The notes beneath the pieces were generated by a model, which had not been told where the DNA came from, made no database searches, and worked only from the letters and a program-made list of their open reading frames with translations. The translations under genes were made by a program, and so were the position numbers. From Trichoplax adhaerens (Eukaryota; Animalia; Placozoa): a DNA stretch of 64,000 bases. The first letter of the stretch is position 1, and each line of letters opens with the position of its first letter. This document shows, one piece after another, positions 38,508 through 53,585 of this stretch. The stretch covers positions 288,886-352,885 of the forward strand of contig NW_002060955.1 in assembly GCF_000150275.1 (NCBI RefSeq), given 5' to 3'.

Positions 38508-39599
38508 TTAAGATTCGGCATCAACATTCACAGTCTGTAGACCTAAATAACCGCAAAAAAATAAGGTGGCAATTTAGGCTTAGATAATACTAATGCACTA
38601 CAGAACAAGCTCTGATTCATGTCGTGTTACCTATGCATAAACTATCATCATGAGGTGATCATAATGAGAATCTTTTATCTCTTTACTAAATTTTAATTTT
38701 CTTACCCTTAAATGATTCCACCGGTACATGAGTCACTAGAGTGTATAACTTGTTGGCAGCATCTTCGTCTTCGTTTCTTTTTCTTGATAAACAAACGCGT
38801 ACTCTGAAGGGAACATTTCTAGTGTGATAAAGAAGTTCGACATTATCAGACTCTACTTTCCAAGAATGTTATCATGCCGAAAGAGCGTCTAATACTGCTA
38901 AGAATATAATATCCAACTTCTAAATGAAGTACGTACCTAATGCCTTTACTCCAAATATGCTTGTTTAAACCAGAGTCAACTCGAACATCGGTAGTTCCCA
39001 TGGCTTTTATAGCAAATTTCTTAAGTTCTTTGATAGCACGGGGTGCTCGTTTCTTAAAACCTCTACATAATCCAAAATAATAAGCCCACTATCAATCAAG
39101 ATGAAAGTATAAGCATGTATTCGCTGGTATACTCTGTCAAAATTGAAATTCTACTGTAGTAAGGATAGATTAACTATTGATTTGAAACTTTCTTTTCACA
39201 TGACAGTAAAGTGAAGATAGATAACGTATATGCACAAAGTTTTTCATTTAATATGGTCACGAATACGAGCTCAGCATTGTAAATTGTATCATAACAGTAT
39301 AGTCAATATACAGTTCTATGCTGTATATCACTCCATTACAGAGCAGTAGGGCAGAAATTGTATCGGAGACTTTCTCTATCTATAGCAAAATGGATTTATT
39401 CACGCAGTGGCAACATAGCACTATGTCAATCTATATAATACAGTTTAAGGAAGTCTTGTACTAGTTTTTTTCAGTTTATCGTTTTCCTACGTTGAATTGC
39501 TTACACTCCATGCAGGCGCTTATGCAAATGAACGGTATATTCCCTAGAAACGATTTCGTCAATGGCCGAACGGCTCTTCTTGTTGGCTTTTGGCGTCAT
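38508..39599 (-). CDS. RPL31: 60S ribosomal protein L31 (eL31)
   Basis: Exons 39599-39505, 39062-38937, 38818-38706, 38542-38508. Protein: [49 protein letters not shown]...[28 protein letters not shown]. Confidence 0.97.
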
Positions 39600-39719
39600 A
39601 GATACCTGTGATAGGAGAGGATCTTACGTTTAGATCGAGTTGTTATAATGTAAAACAGTAGATGGCAATAAATGGCGCGGATAACCGTGTGATAAAATGA
39701 AAATGTTGTCCAACCTTTT

Positions 39720-39732
39720 TAAGATGGCCGAC
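39720..39732 (-). promoter_or_regulatory. YY1-like site in the probable non-coding first exon of RPL31
   Basis: AAGATGGCCG (CGGCCATCTT on the minus strand), downstream of pyrimidine runs and next to a candidate 5'UTR splice donor. Confidence 0.4.
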
Positions 39733-40947
39733 ACGCTTCCAATAGAAAACAAGTACAGTAAGGGAAGATGGTGAGTTCTACAGCAGCACTTTATACTAAA
39801 TTGATACAGGTTCCACGCAGGCCCATACACTGCATATAGTATGCTATGAACTACAGTGTACAGTGTACAGTGTACAATACAAAACACTTTAGTTTGTCGT
39901 GTTGTACTGTACTGTACTGTACACTGTACAGTATTGTACAGTACAGCGTGTCGATCGATATTCCATTCCGATTTTTCAAAATGAAATAAAAGTGTCAAAA
40001 ATTGATGGATTCTATTGAATATAATTTATTTATTAATCGCTAAACCTTCCTCTTTCTACGCGTATAAAATTTTCAGAATTTTGCTACAAAATTCTGAATA
40101 AAAGTAAGCACCGATTTTTCGAAAAAATGCTACGCGTTGTACAGTACACTGACAATTGTACAATGTACAGTACAGTACATGGCCGACTTGATCCCATACT
40201 GTACATTCCATATTGCAACTTTTGCATCAATTTGTACAACATTGATCGCAAATGCTTGCTTTTAATATAGATGGATAGCTCTTGACTTGGTGGGTAACTT
40301 TCTACCATAGCAGACCTACGTATATAAAAAGGCTTCATTACCATTGGTCTTTTCCAAGCGATTTACTTCTAGTTTTAACAATTTAAACATATCCAGGAAA
40401 GGATGACATTAGACTGTACACCTGCGCAAGGCTACAGTACACAGCACAAGTGTGTAGAAATTCAATGCAGATTTAAAAAAAAAATAATACGATCAACATT
40501 TGATCCATTTTATTTCAGTTTTATATCAATCAACACCATAATACATATCACGTTTTACAAGTTTTATTCGAAAATAATCGATAAAAACAGGCACTGATTT
40601 CTGTATAAAGAAATTCTACACAGTCTGTGTTTGCAACAATATTTTGACGAGATGGCCGAAAACGTCTGTCCGTCCAAGAGGGCTCAGTCCAGGTCGACTC
40701 TTCATAAGGTGAAGCTCATAACAGTTGTCACACTGGTACTGAGTGACACGTCTTCCTCTACAGTCTACAGTATGGCGCAATACTGTAGAGTCAGTATGGA
40801 TTGTGTAGTCATAGTACTGTACAGTGTACACTCGGAATACAGACGGATGGAAGCTGCCGCCCCGCCTTCAAGTTTTATAAAATAAACAACAAATCTTCAA
40901 TTTCTGCATTTTAGAAGCAAGGAAATTCGTCAATCGTTAAAATTGCA

Positions 40948-43900
40948 ATGATGGCACTATTGCAACGCTTTTACCTCTTGCTAGTGTTCTTGGTAGTAAT
41001 CGTATTAGCCAAGGATCAGGTAAATTCATTGTAAAATTCAATCGATGGTTCTAGTTGTGCCGTACTCGTACAGTAGAGGTTTTGAAAGGAAACTTATGAA
41101 TAACGAAATTCGAATCAATTTGCCACCTACTGTACTGTATTTAGTCCATCGATTGCGATAGAATACGATTTACTGCGTACTAGATTAGTTGCTAGACTTA
41201 TCAATCTATTGCAACTGGCAATTAATAAGTGCTAATGGAGTAGATCAATAATACTTCGATGTCATCATAAGTCAATCGACGGTATTTCTATCCATACTGG
41301 ATTGCGTAAGAAATTAACCTTCAATACGCAAAGTTCTCTAAATTGCCCTTATTGAATTGTTACTAGTAATATGTAATTAATTACAATTAATACACTACTC
41401 GTTATCGATCCAGTATAATACGTATAATATCTGTAAACACATATGTAGAATAATTAAGAGAATAAGAACGTATAGATTCCTCGTGACTGTGAGTAGATTT
41501 CTAGTACTTTATTAAATACTAAATAAGATGTTCTTATTTTATTAATTACCTAGTCACCATCATTAAATAATATCAACTTTCTGGGTAGTAGCGACTCATA
41601 TATTACGTCTGATTTAACTTTTTTCCATGACGACGAATAGTGAAGTTGATATTTTTATCGAGCCAATAAAACAGACTTATCATAAGCATGCAGACATAAC
41701 ACGATATGGAATAGTTACCTCTATAATTATAATTATATTTACGTCTATTGATCAGTAGCCTAATTCTATAATGGAATAGATTCTAATATACAAAGATTGA
41801 TATTATGAGCATAGTGTGTACCACTACCTGTGCCGTAATAGCTGAAATTTTTCTGCTTTGTTATAACACTATACACTACAATAACTTGTACTTATATAGT
41901 TGTAGCGCCAGCTAGTTAGGAAGCTTAATATTTTGCCTAATGTACAATTTAGGTTAATGGAGATGTGTGGGAATCATGTGAAACTTCTGCTTACCCTCCT
42001 GATAAGAAGTTAGGATAAGAATGATTAACATTGACGATGTTGCTATTGCATAATTTATAATTAATACATACAACGTCAGTTACGGTACTCAATCTTTGTC
42101 ACAGTCCAGATAACTTAAAAAATAAATATTTCTCCGTATCTGTACTATTTCTCTACTCCCGCTACATAGAGACAAGATCGAATGGTACCCTGTGAATTTA
42201 GATAGTGCACCACAAGAGAGATGGATGCAACTGGCTTCTAAAAAGAAACATGAGGTGACTGAACTCACGTAATCTAAATTTAATAGTAAAACCGAGAAAC
42301 TATCGCCATCGTTTAATAGTAAGATCGCTGAGTCATACCTACACTATTCACTTCTGGCTTAACCTAGACAACCTTATTCATACTGTTTTAGAGCTAAATA
42401 TGATCTTGCTTTACTTCTTGAACCTAATTTACGTTAGTCACATAAAACGCAGTCAGCTTGTAATAGAGTATACCTATTTTGTAGCTAAAATGGTCGTACA
42501 GTTATTATCATATTTCAATTAATTTTCTTTTATCATTGTGTAGTTGGCCGGAATGATTGGTGTCGTAAAGAATTTTACTCGATTCTTCTTCAAGAATCTC
42601 CTTGTTGACTGGGTGGACAAAGATTGGGTATAAGATATTCTTAACTACTCAACTTATACTATATATTATAGGCAGAGTGGTTTGTGTCATAATACAATTT
42701 GATAAAGTCGAGATTGTAACCAATGTCTGGCTTTGTTTGCTATTCATGAAAAGCATATATTTATTGGATATTACAGGTTTTATTTCCTTAACTTATAGTT
42801 ATAGTTAAATGAAAACATTTTTAATCCTACACAATTTATATATACGCGTATACTAGAATTTGCTTATATCATAATTTCATCATCTATGCTATGCCTACTT
42901 CGATATCCATGCTAAGCTTTCATGATAAAATAAACTCTAATGAATTAGATATCGATGTTTATTATCATACAATTAGGGTGCGTTAGCAGACAAAATCCCT
43001 AAACCTTATTCTGATGAAATTAAAGGAATCGCTAAAGCTGCAAATATTCCATTAGGTAAATTAATACTTAATTTATTTATAACTGATCCACTGGCGCAGT
43101 TAGCCCATAAGGCTACGAGTAATTGCTAAATTTTAATATGATACGGATAGAAATGACGTTATTTCCTTTCTACTATAGGAGAAATAGTCCTTTATAATAT
43201 CTTTTACGAAATATTTAGTGTTTGTACATCCGTTGTTGCCCAGGACAAGAATGGTATAGTAAGATAGCAAGATGATGTCAATTCGCTTATATTTTGTTAC
43301 TTTAATACTTTTTACTCACGTAAGCTTGTCTTCCATAAAGGTAAAATATATCATGCCAGGAATTTGGACTTTGGGCTCTTTCTTGGGTGAGTGATTTATT
43401 ATCCCAGTTTATAAAGCAAGTATTCATATTTTATCGAAATTATAACTTTTATTTTTATGTCATAATACTATAGGTGGGACTTTAAAAGAGATACTTGGCT
43501 ACTTACAGAATATCTTCGGCCTTTAGTCGTTAACGTTGACTATCAGGTAAATTTCTAAGCATTTCATCACTATGCTGGATAGGAACTTGTAAATTCTAAA
43601 CAAACAAAGTATACGTTGATATATTCTTTACAATACCTTGCCTGACCTTCTACGTTCATGCCTTTTAAATAAATTAGCGAAATGGTAAAACTGTCTACAA
43701 ATCAGTAAGTTTTATCGGATACGTAGGAGTACTTACTGGAATTAAGCCTGGAGTAGCCTCTGTTACTATCAACGAAAGGTTCATAAGCGACGGCGGTTAC
43801 ATCGGTATTTGCTCATATCTTTTCACTTTAAAGTCAAAGTAACTCTGAACGTAAATATCTTACCTTTATCATAAAATTAATTTTAGGTCTAATTGAATGG

Positions 43901-45271
43901 GTACTTGGACTGAATGATGCTAAGTTTATGAGCCTATTGCTGAGGGATACACTAGATAAAGCTAGCAGGTTGCGATGCGAATAGTTGATATCGTTAAATC
44001 ATTTCATTGTATGTTACCTTTATGATCTGTTAACTCATCTCTCTACAATATCGTTACTATTAATTACAATACTCTTTCTTAGTTATCAGGACGCTGTCAA
44101 CGTATTAGTTGAGCCACAATTAATTGCGCCCGCTTATTTTATTGTTGCCGGTACGAAATCAGGAGAGGTATTGATTAGTGTTGTTATCAAATTACAAAAT
44201 TAAGTTCAAAATTCGTTAACACGCTGTTTACACTTGTTTTATATTCATAGGGATGTGTTATTACCAGATCTAGAGAGAAAACTGATAATATAATGAGGTA
44301 GATATTCAAGCTGTAGTGTCTTTTACTTTATATTATATATACGCGTAAAATACATTTTTCTAGCAGCTTCATATCTATAGCGATAAAATACCACAATGTA
44401 AATATTGCAATTTACAGTAAACGAAATCAAATTAATTACTGATCGCGTCAGCAAATAGAAATTACCATTCAATCAAATCTTTTGATCATAAGCTTGTCTG
44501 AATTATTAAACTGTTATTAGTCTTCTTACCTGTTTTACTTTCGTTGATATCTTTTTCTAGCTTAAACATCACTTCAAATGTATGGTACGTCGTGGAAACA
44601 AATTATGATAACTGGAATAAGCCGCCAGTCACCGACGACCGAAGGACACCGGTAAACCTATTATAATATTGAGTGTAAAGTTTTGTACAATATTTTATTT
44701 TATACGCATTCAACTCTATTAGTAAACTGATAAACTGTACACTGTAACTTACGAAAATAATACGCGAATTTTTTAACAAAAAATGCTAATTATATATTTT
44801 AGGCTAAAGCTTGTCTGAACAAAGTTACACAACAGGTTTGTTCTTAGTTTATAAAAAGCTTATCTAAAGTCTTGGATGTATAACCTTCTATTACGTTAGG
44901 TCTCTTCTGTACTTTTACTGCAATAATGTAATAAGCAACTTGCCAGTTTTACTATTAGTTTATTCGATATTAAAATGTATCCCTTATTGAATGCAATCGC
45001 TTTTTGCGAATTCACAGCATATCTCATTACCTAACATCTATAACGTACTATCAACGAAACCAGTCCGCAATAAGGTAAGTCCTTTCAATCTTTAACTTCA
45101 TATTTTCTAAATTGTAACTTCTTACGCTGACCGATCTAATGTTATTTTATGCGATCTTGTGTATTATGTATTGATAAATAGTTAACCACTTATACCGCCT
45201 TAATGGAACCCTCAACTGGCCATTTAGAATCTTATAGGCGTTATTGTGCGGATCCTTGTCCGTTAATGTAG
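40948..45271 (+). CDS. ASAH1: Acid ceramidase (Ntn-hydrolase), multi-exon
   Basis: Signal-peptide exon 40948-41019. Peptides [28 protein letters not shown]|CTSVVAQD (catalytic Cys), [55 protein letters not shown], ending CADPCPLM*. Confidence 0.95.
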
Positions 45272-46167
45272 TAACGATGTTACTGCAGTGAACATTTTTA
45301 GGCTAGCTAAAGGATACATCAATCGCTTTTACTGTGCGCAATTAATTAATTCATTAATTACTGCGTCTGAGATTCTAGGGATCGTGTTGATTCAATTAAT
45401 GAACATTTTTCTAATCGATGGCAAGTTTAATCTTATATAGGACTCCTTTTATAGTATTATTTTATTGGATTTAGTTATTTCTTCTTGTTTATAAGAACGG
45501 TAGAGGCGGCAATCGATCTTACGCCTAAATTTTCTATAGTCTTATGGCGTCATGAAGTTATAAGACATTCCAATATAATACATTAATACACCAAACAGTT
45601 AGAGACTACCGCAATGACATATCATTTAAATGTTAAAATCACTTAATTAGATGCAATCTTTTAGATTTCCAAATGTTCAACATGGTAAGCAAAATTATTC
45701 CAAATTCAATCTTCGAAACCGATATCAAGATGTTAATAAATTTACATTTATTTTGGACATCATACTAGTAATTCTATTGTACATTTCGGCTTTCTGCCAT
45801 ACATTTTCAGGCACCCATTTTTACCACAAATCCGTCACTGTCTGTTGACAAGCACACCATTGTCCATTCAAGTTGAATTTCTTCATCTCGACAACTAAAA
45901 CTGACGTACTATCAATGATTGGTTTACAAATAATACAGTAGAATGACACTATTAACAAACTTTTACATCGTTGCGTTACACAAATGATTACATAATACTA
46001 TGAGAGACAATATCGGTAAATACTGTGATAAGAATGATTGTATTTACCATTTAATAAAGTATATAAAGCAGTTTGAGGACAATATGGTATAGTAGAACAT
46101 TTGCGCCATTTTTAGTAATTTTTAGTGCTTGGCACAACGATTGCAAAAAATGGTAGACAAACAATGC

Positions 46168-49100
46168 TCATTTTACGAAGATGCGTCGATAAAAGCTTGG
46201 CATAAAGTCTTTTCCAGAATAACTAGTAGAAATGTTTGCTTTATTATTACAATCGACTAATTCTCGGTTGCGAAGGACTCGCGATTCTAATGAGTCACTT
46301 TCCTGTGGAGTACGCTTTAAAATTCCATTCTCGGATTCTGAATTCGTATGCGACACACTTTTTTCGCCATGAATGCATAAGGTCCCATCTTCGTCACTTT
46401 TAGGATCGTTATCAACTAATTCATTTTCGAAATCTTCCTGATGACTATTGGAAGCGTTACAACTGACAGCACTACCTTCTTCTTTTGCATCTCTACTAAT
46501 AACATTGACAGGTGAAGAATCTAGATAACTTACATCATCATATCTTACTGAGCTCTTGAAACGATGAGGCGAATAATTTGCAAAGTTTTCCTTCTTGCAA
46601 GAATTAATTTTTGAAGCCTGATTGTGAAATAATGCATCATAATTCGAATGCTTCCTAGAAACTTTGATATTATTTACAAGATCGATAAGATTGCCCAAGT
46701 ATGGAGTATTATTTGAGGGAAAAGTTGCAAAGGTATAGAAAAAGTCTTCCGCTTTCCGAGAGATTTCAAAATTATTTCGTACATCCGTTAACCAAGTCTG
46801 TTCGGCATCAGTTAAAGGAACATTACCATTAAATATGATACTTAGTCGTTTAATAGTAATTTCATTTTGAATTTTGATTAACTCTCGTCTTAATTTCTCT
46901 CTCTTTATAACCATATAACAGAGATTTCGAACCTGCAAAACGAACGCATTCATTATAATTATTCTATTGCAAAATATCCCTTCTAAATCATACAGTATAA
47001 AGCATACTTTTTCCATGTCTTGGCGTACTCGTAGCATGAAGTCGGCTTGTTGTTCTGGATTATCAATAACCTAATGAGTGTAATTATAAGCTTTAATACC
47101 TTAGCTAAAAAAGTTCGCTTCAATTATATACATGCAAAGCAATATAGACCTCTTCTTCGTCCGTATCTTCTGGTTTAGGCACCAACGGTAAATTATCTAA
47201 AGTCTAGGGTGGTGTTAATAACAACTAGTATTAATTACAACAATGATAACCTTAAGCCCTACAGTGCAGTACATAATAATTGAGTTGCATTGCGAGGATA
47301 ACCTTTCGTTTCATGGTCCAGTATGCATGGATGGCAAAAGCTAGGTCATCGTCTTCAATAACTTCACGTATATCAACAGGTGTAACATACTGATAAAATT
47401 CTTCTCGAATCTTCTTTAATCTAATAAATAGCGCTTAGAGTTGAAATATTCGGCATTGACTGCTATTCTTTGCATTGATAAAGTGAATTACCTTTGATCA
47501 CGATCAGATATTGGGCAAATTGTCTCAGCATCGTCATTTTCGTTATATTGATCAGCATGACGACTACAATAACACTATAAATACAGTTAAATTATGGAAT
47601 TTAGTTAAAAAGTTTAAATTTAAAAAATCTATTTCAATTTCAACACACTATATGCTTTACGCCTCCCGGAGCAAAATCATCTAAACGTGCGACCATGACT
47701 AATCCTTTCTTAATAGCACATGTGACATGAAATGAGACTGTACATGATGGAACCTAAGGAATTCAGAAGTGTTAATCTGATTTAATATAGTGTAAATTTT
47801 AGTTAGCAAAGTTGGAATATATTGCAGATCCTTCCTTACAGAACACTGAATGCAGGCCCCATATTTTTCTTGGCATAAACAGCAAAGCAGAGTCCACCTA
47901 CTAGCCTACGTCAAGTATAAGAAATTCATTCACTACTCGATCTTAACATTTACTCAATTAACGACAAATAAATTTATTTCTACCGCTTACTGGAATACGA
48001 TTTACTCTGGTAATGGGCTGCATTTTCTCAGGATTGCCCATCCGTGTCTCTGGAATCCAGAGAGCACAACTGACATGACCCCAACGTGATCCATCCCTAA
48101 GATAAATACGGCTTCTCTTTCAATGATAGTAAAGGTAATCTAGTATATTGCAATAGTTAGACCTACTGTGTTTTTTTCATAGCGCCACTTTTATGTGGAC
48201 AAAATATACACGATGGTAACCGAATGCCAAGGCGACAAGGTTCGCAATACCAATTACCATCAGGTATAACAGTAATACCATAACAAGCCTAATTTACGTG
48301 TAATGAATGATAAAATACACACATGAAAGAAGACATAGGAGAAGTACTTGGATACTATTGAGTGGCTAAATACTGTAGAACGGCGATCATTGACGAAAAT
48401 ATTACTGACACAATACCTGATGAACACACACATTGCAACGATCGCAAAATACCATTTCATTGCCTTCTTCGCTGAAAGGCTATTCAAATGGCATAAAGGC
48501 AACAAAATTAAAATGCAACATGATAAAAATCTTCCCCATAAAAAACAAATGAACTATTTTGGCCATATAAAACCAACTAACCGACTGACAAACGTCGCAA
48601 GGAATGTCATCGTCGTATTCTATTCCGAGCTTTTCCGACTCCACTAACACATTCATTTTTTCATGGCACTACAGAAAGTTAAGTTTCTCAGATATGATCC
48701 ATTTTGTAACTTAAAGTTATTATGACAACATGATTGCCTTATGCTCCAGCGCGTAAATGGACTTTTCTAACATCTCTTCCGTTACTTTCTTACTATCTGC
48801 AAGTACAGAATTATAACAGCACCACCGTAAGAGTGAAAGAAGGAAAGTCTTTTAAATTTTTATATTACTAGTTGAAATATGGCAATCAATTTAAAAACCT
48901 GATTTTACTCTTCTTTCATTCATTAACTGAAGCCATGCTATATCTGTTTCGTCTAGATCATATTGGCGTTGCTTGGCAATGCAATCTTTTTGATCAGCTA
49001 TATAGCTTCGAGACCTAAAGCCAAGAAATAAAAATTTAGTACCATTTTATCAAATTATCTTTCGTGTTGAGTATATTTACCTATAGAATCGTTTACGCGT

Positions 49101-52100
49101 TGCTTCAACGGTGTGAGTCTCTCTAATGAGTAATCATAGTTTAAAATATAGTTAGCTCAACGTTATTAATAACTATAACATTTTTGGTCATACAGTAGAT
49201 AGCAAACCTAAAAGTTGGCTCCGATAGCGATTGAGGATTTACTGGTACCTACATTGCATACATTACAAAGAGTAATACATGTGATTACTACAGTATGCGA
49301 AAAGTTACTTAATTGAATGCCTTTAACGTACTTGAACTCCTTTTTCCCATTCTTGCTTCCACGTATCTGTTATTGTTATGTAGCGCCCAGGAGGCAACGG
49401 TTGCGAATCAGGCAGTTTCATTGCACTGATCAAATCTTTCCTAAAAAGCTAAGGAAAAATAGAACTAAGCTTAGGCAATGATAGCCGATGGACACTTTCA
49501 AAAATAGATAGTTATCCCTTATGACTAATGTATTATAAAATTGGAGAGTAACGCACATAAATAGATTTATAATTTTAGTTAACAACGATATTCTTCACAC
49601 ATTTTAGTTAGACTTCAGATCAATAATTATTACCTCTGCGGGTTTAGAGTCAGATGCAAAGTTTATACTAGGTCGTTCAAAGATTTCTGCTTGTTCATAT
49701 TCGGTATCTTTAACAATATTATTAAATCATTCAATTCAACTCGATCTTTATACAAGATCAAAATTGGCATACAATTCAATGTGTGCCTACTCTGCTACAT
49801 AGTTACATACATACATGGAGCACTGAAGCAATTGGTCAGTAAAAAAAACAGTGAAGTACATCCATTCAATGACTAGATAGCTTACTGCTTGACATATGCC
49901 TTGGATATTACCAGTAATGTGTTGTATTAATTTAAGGTATATATTACAGTACAAATGTATCTATAAATATTATTTTAATTGTTTGAAAATGGCATTACCA
50001 TACTGAGTCTTAGAAAGGTTGCTATCACATCCTGTCGATCTAGAAATACAAAAAAACAGAATTATGACACAGTATTGTGAAATTGGACCTTTAATAAGTT
50101 CACAACTACTGTATTAATTCCATAAGAGTAGCGAATCACAATTAATACAGCTTAAGCTCCAACCTCGTAAAGTAATAAAACATCATCGTTTACTAGGGTA
50201 GAAGCGATCATTTTACTACCGTCGAAGCATGCATAATTTTGTCATGCTCAACCGCTGTATGACACCAATTTATTGATAATAAATACTAAGAACTCACAGT
50301 GTATGACATCAAGAGAAGCTAGAAAGAAAGAAATAGCTAACAACAGGCTGAATTGATCCCATCACTCACCGTACATTCTCTTCGCAACTACTAAGTCTAC
50401 TGCTCCTTCTCAATGTTCTGGAAGCTTCAGCTAATAGCAATATAAAAATGAAGTCGTTCGAGTGAAGTAGATTGAACAGAAATTGGGTTACAAGATTTTT
50501 TAAAACATTTTCACTCATTTCCACTTTCTATACTATTTTAATAATATTATGTACTTAGAAGTGTATGATAAAGCCATTAACGAGTAGACCCACCAAGACT
50601 AATACTATTGGTTTCGCAGTATGACATTTGTACCGATATGGGAAAGCTCTGTAACTCAATTGTAAACAGTTGGACGCTGAACAACTGATTTATTTCATTA
50701 ATTCACTTCAATGTCATACTGCAACTGCTTGTTACTACAACCTACTAATCAACATGGAGACCAGCATGGTAGGATTAAGTGTATACAAATACCCACCACT
50801 CTGGATATCACATCGGTCTCAACCATGTTGATCCTCCTACTCTAATGTACTCTTGGACGGGACAATGATGACATGCGATACCGTGTACGTCTACGTCTAT
50901 CAATAACACTCTCGGCCACAACATGTGACGTTCAGAATAACAAGTCCTATTTGCAGAGATTCTGTCCAACTCTAGTATTTCCTATTGAGATCAATTTGCA
51001 ATTTGGCATGTAATGCGACGATAGGCACAATACCGTAAGTTATAACTTTATTCAATATCGCTAAGCCACTGCTGTAGTCGATTTCTGATACACTTGTCCT
51101 TTGTTATACTGTATACTATACATACTGTGATGATGGTTGATATGATATCTGTATCGTGTAGGCTGTAGGATAGGAATTCTACTAGCAAAACGCTTGCATA
51201 GGATAATGCTATCCGATTGGACCCTCATTGGAGTTGGATGGTAACGTTGGAAACTCGACATGGGTGATGTCATGACGAAAGGCCTAATTCATCCACTGAT
51301 ATACGCATGAGTAGAGTCTGGCCAACCAAACGCGGTATACAGACGTACAGACATTGATCAAGTAGGTGTAGTACGATACTGTACAGTACTCAGTGTAGAG
51401 TATTCTCATAAGCAACCTACTCGCAGGCACTAGCATACTGTAGACTTGTGGTAAGAGAAAAAAAATCCCTTCCATCCGGAATTCCGTCCAGCTGATTGCA
51501 GCGGAGGCGCTGTCGGTTCTTCATAACGCTTGGGTAGGGGTACCGAAAGTGCAGTTCGCCTATAGTCAATACAGTATGAGGAGGCGCTTGATAAAATGAC
51601 TGCCAGTGGGCAAAGGTCTGAATACGTCAGTCATGCGATTGACTATGTCACAGTACTGTACTGCATTGGCGGACAAAAATATGTCTAAGTTCAATGAAAT
51701 TCTTAGACTGACTGTGAAATGAGGCGAGCATAGGTAAAGAGAATAGCGATCAGATCCTCCTAATTTTAACAGAGTTCGAAAGATCTAATCTCTTTGGATG
51801 AAAATAATGACTGTATTATTGTAATATTATGATTATTATTATTATTATTATTGCCTTGTTATTATTGATCTACGCATGGATGGTATGGTCTGGTATGCGT
51901 GGTTGTGTAGAAGCCGCTTGCTATCAACATGATTCTCTGTCCACTTTGTAAAGTACAGTAAGCTATATACAGTACAACGTGTGTGGAATATGTCTGATGG
52001 ACGGATCTCTCTAACGCTTTCTTCTTAGTTTATCATGAAAGATTACAGTGACAGTTGGTGCATTTATTCTACCATTGACAGCGATGTGGGTGATCCAAAT

Positions 52101-52191
52101 CAGTTTCAGACCTAGGCATGTTTGGTTGTTCTCTACAGTCAGCATACACTTGTCTCTTACCTTTACGCTTCCTACTTCTTCTGTTCGGCAT
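46168..52191 (-). CDS. JADE1: Jade-family (JADE1/2/3) EPL1 + PHD-Zn knuckle-PHD scaffold of HBO1 acetyltransferase complexes
   Basis: [14 protein letters not shown]...[13 protein letters not shown]; [15 protein letters not shown]...[20 protein letters not shown]; [12 protein letters not shown]; [14 protein letters not shown]. Inferred first exon 52191-52161 ([10 protein letters not shown], phase 1) fits the next exon at ~50430. Start and paralogue number are uncertain. Confidence 0.88.
51815..51867. repeat. (TTA)n microsatellite in Jade intron 1
   Basis: Run of TTA triplets with imperfect flanks. Confidence 0.8.
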
Positions 52192-52807
52192 AACCGATCG
52201 CGTTAGCAATAACCATTTGCACAACCAAGACAACGATGTGGGCTAGTGGCGCTGAATTCGCCTGGTGCCCTAGAATTGCAACAAAGCTAACCGAAAAAGG
52301 ATGATCGCCTTGATGGAAAAACTCGACAAGGGTTAGACGCCAGAAAACGCTCTTGTTGGACAAGGAGAATGCTAGATGGACTTACTGTATTATGACAAAA
52401 GACGACTGTCCCAGTGTTGCACCTATCGGTGGTTGGCTTTGACTGCGTAGCTGGGTAGCTAGCTGGCTTTGGAAAAACCGACACGATACAGACGTCTATC
52501 AGAGGCACTAGGCTGGTCAAGTCAATCGAGCATCTGCTGCAAGAGTGCTGCTTCATACTACATTATATGACCCGTTTGCACGGTTGACCCGCATTTTACC
52601 AAACTGGCGGCAAACACAGTACAGTACTGTACTGTATGTTCTGTACAATACGCTGGTTCAGGAAGTACAGTGCTCATGCGCAGCTACTTCAAAAAGAAGA
52701 CTATTTTCGAGGGAAAATGATTTCTCTCTTACCGTAAATATTATTAAGTACTGTAAGTAATAATGTACAGTGTACAGTACATTGTGCGTACAGCACATAC
52801 TGTACAG

Positions 52808-53585
52808 TGTACAAGTGCACGCAGACGTGGTACAGGACTTGACGTTCCAGACCCCATTCTCTCACTACTAGGCTGATAGGCTAACCAATTTGGGGACGAG
52901 TACACTCCAGTACAGTACAGTAGAGAGAATGCGGTCTGTAACGTCTACAGTACGGTACACTCCAATTTGTTAATCTACAGTACTGTATTACTGTACAAGT
53001 GCACGCAGACGTGGTACTGGACTTGACGTTCCAGATCCCATTCTCTCACTACTAGGCTGATAGGCTAACCAATTTGGGGACGAGTACACTCCAGTACAGT
53101 ACAGTAGAGAGAATGCGGTCTGTAACGTCTACAGTACAGTACACTCCAATTTGTTAATCTACAGTACATATTACTGTACATTGTACAAGTGCACGCAGAC
53201 GTGGTACTGGACTTGACGTTCCAAATCCCATTCTCTCACTACTAGGCTGATAGGCTAACCAATTTGGGGACGAGTACACTCCAGTACAGTACAGTAGAGA
53301 GAATGCGGTCTGTAACGTCTACAGTACAGTACACTCCAATTTGTTAATCTACAGTACATATTACTGTACATTGTACAAGTGCACGCAGACGTGGTACTGG
53401 ACTTGACGTTCCAAATCCCATTCTCTCACTACTAGGCTGATAGGCTAACCAATTTGGGGACGAGTACAGTACTGTAGAGAGAATGCGGTCTGTAACGTCT
53501 ACAGTACATACCACGTCTCTGTACTGTACTGTACTGTACATGTACAATCCAATTTGTTAATCTACTGTACAGTATTACTGTACTG
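52808..53585. repeat. Tandem array of four near-identical 184-190 bp units, each with an internal inverted repeat
   Basis: Units start TGTACAAGTGCACGCAGACGTGGTAC at 52808, 52992, 53182, 53372. Confidence 0.95.

Noticed and set aside
38543-38705. Box C-like ATGATGA on the sense strand of an RPL31 intron
   Set aside because: No downstream CTGA box D within the intron.
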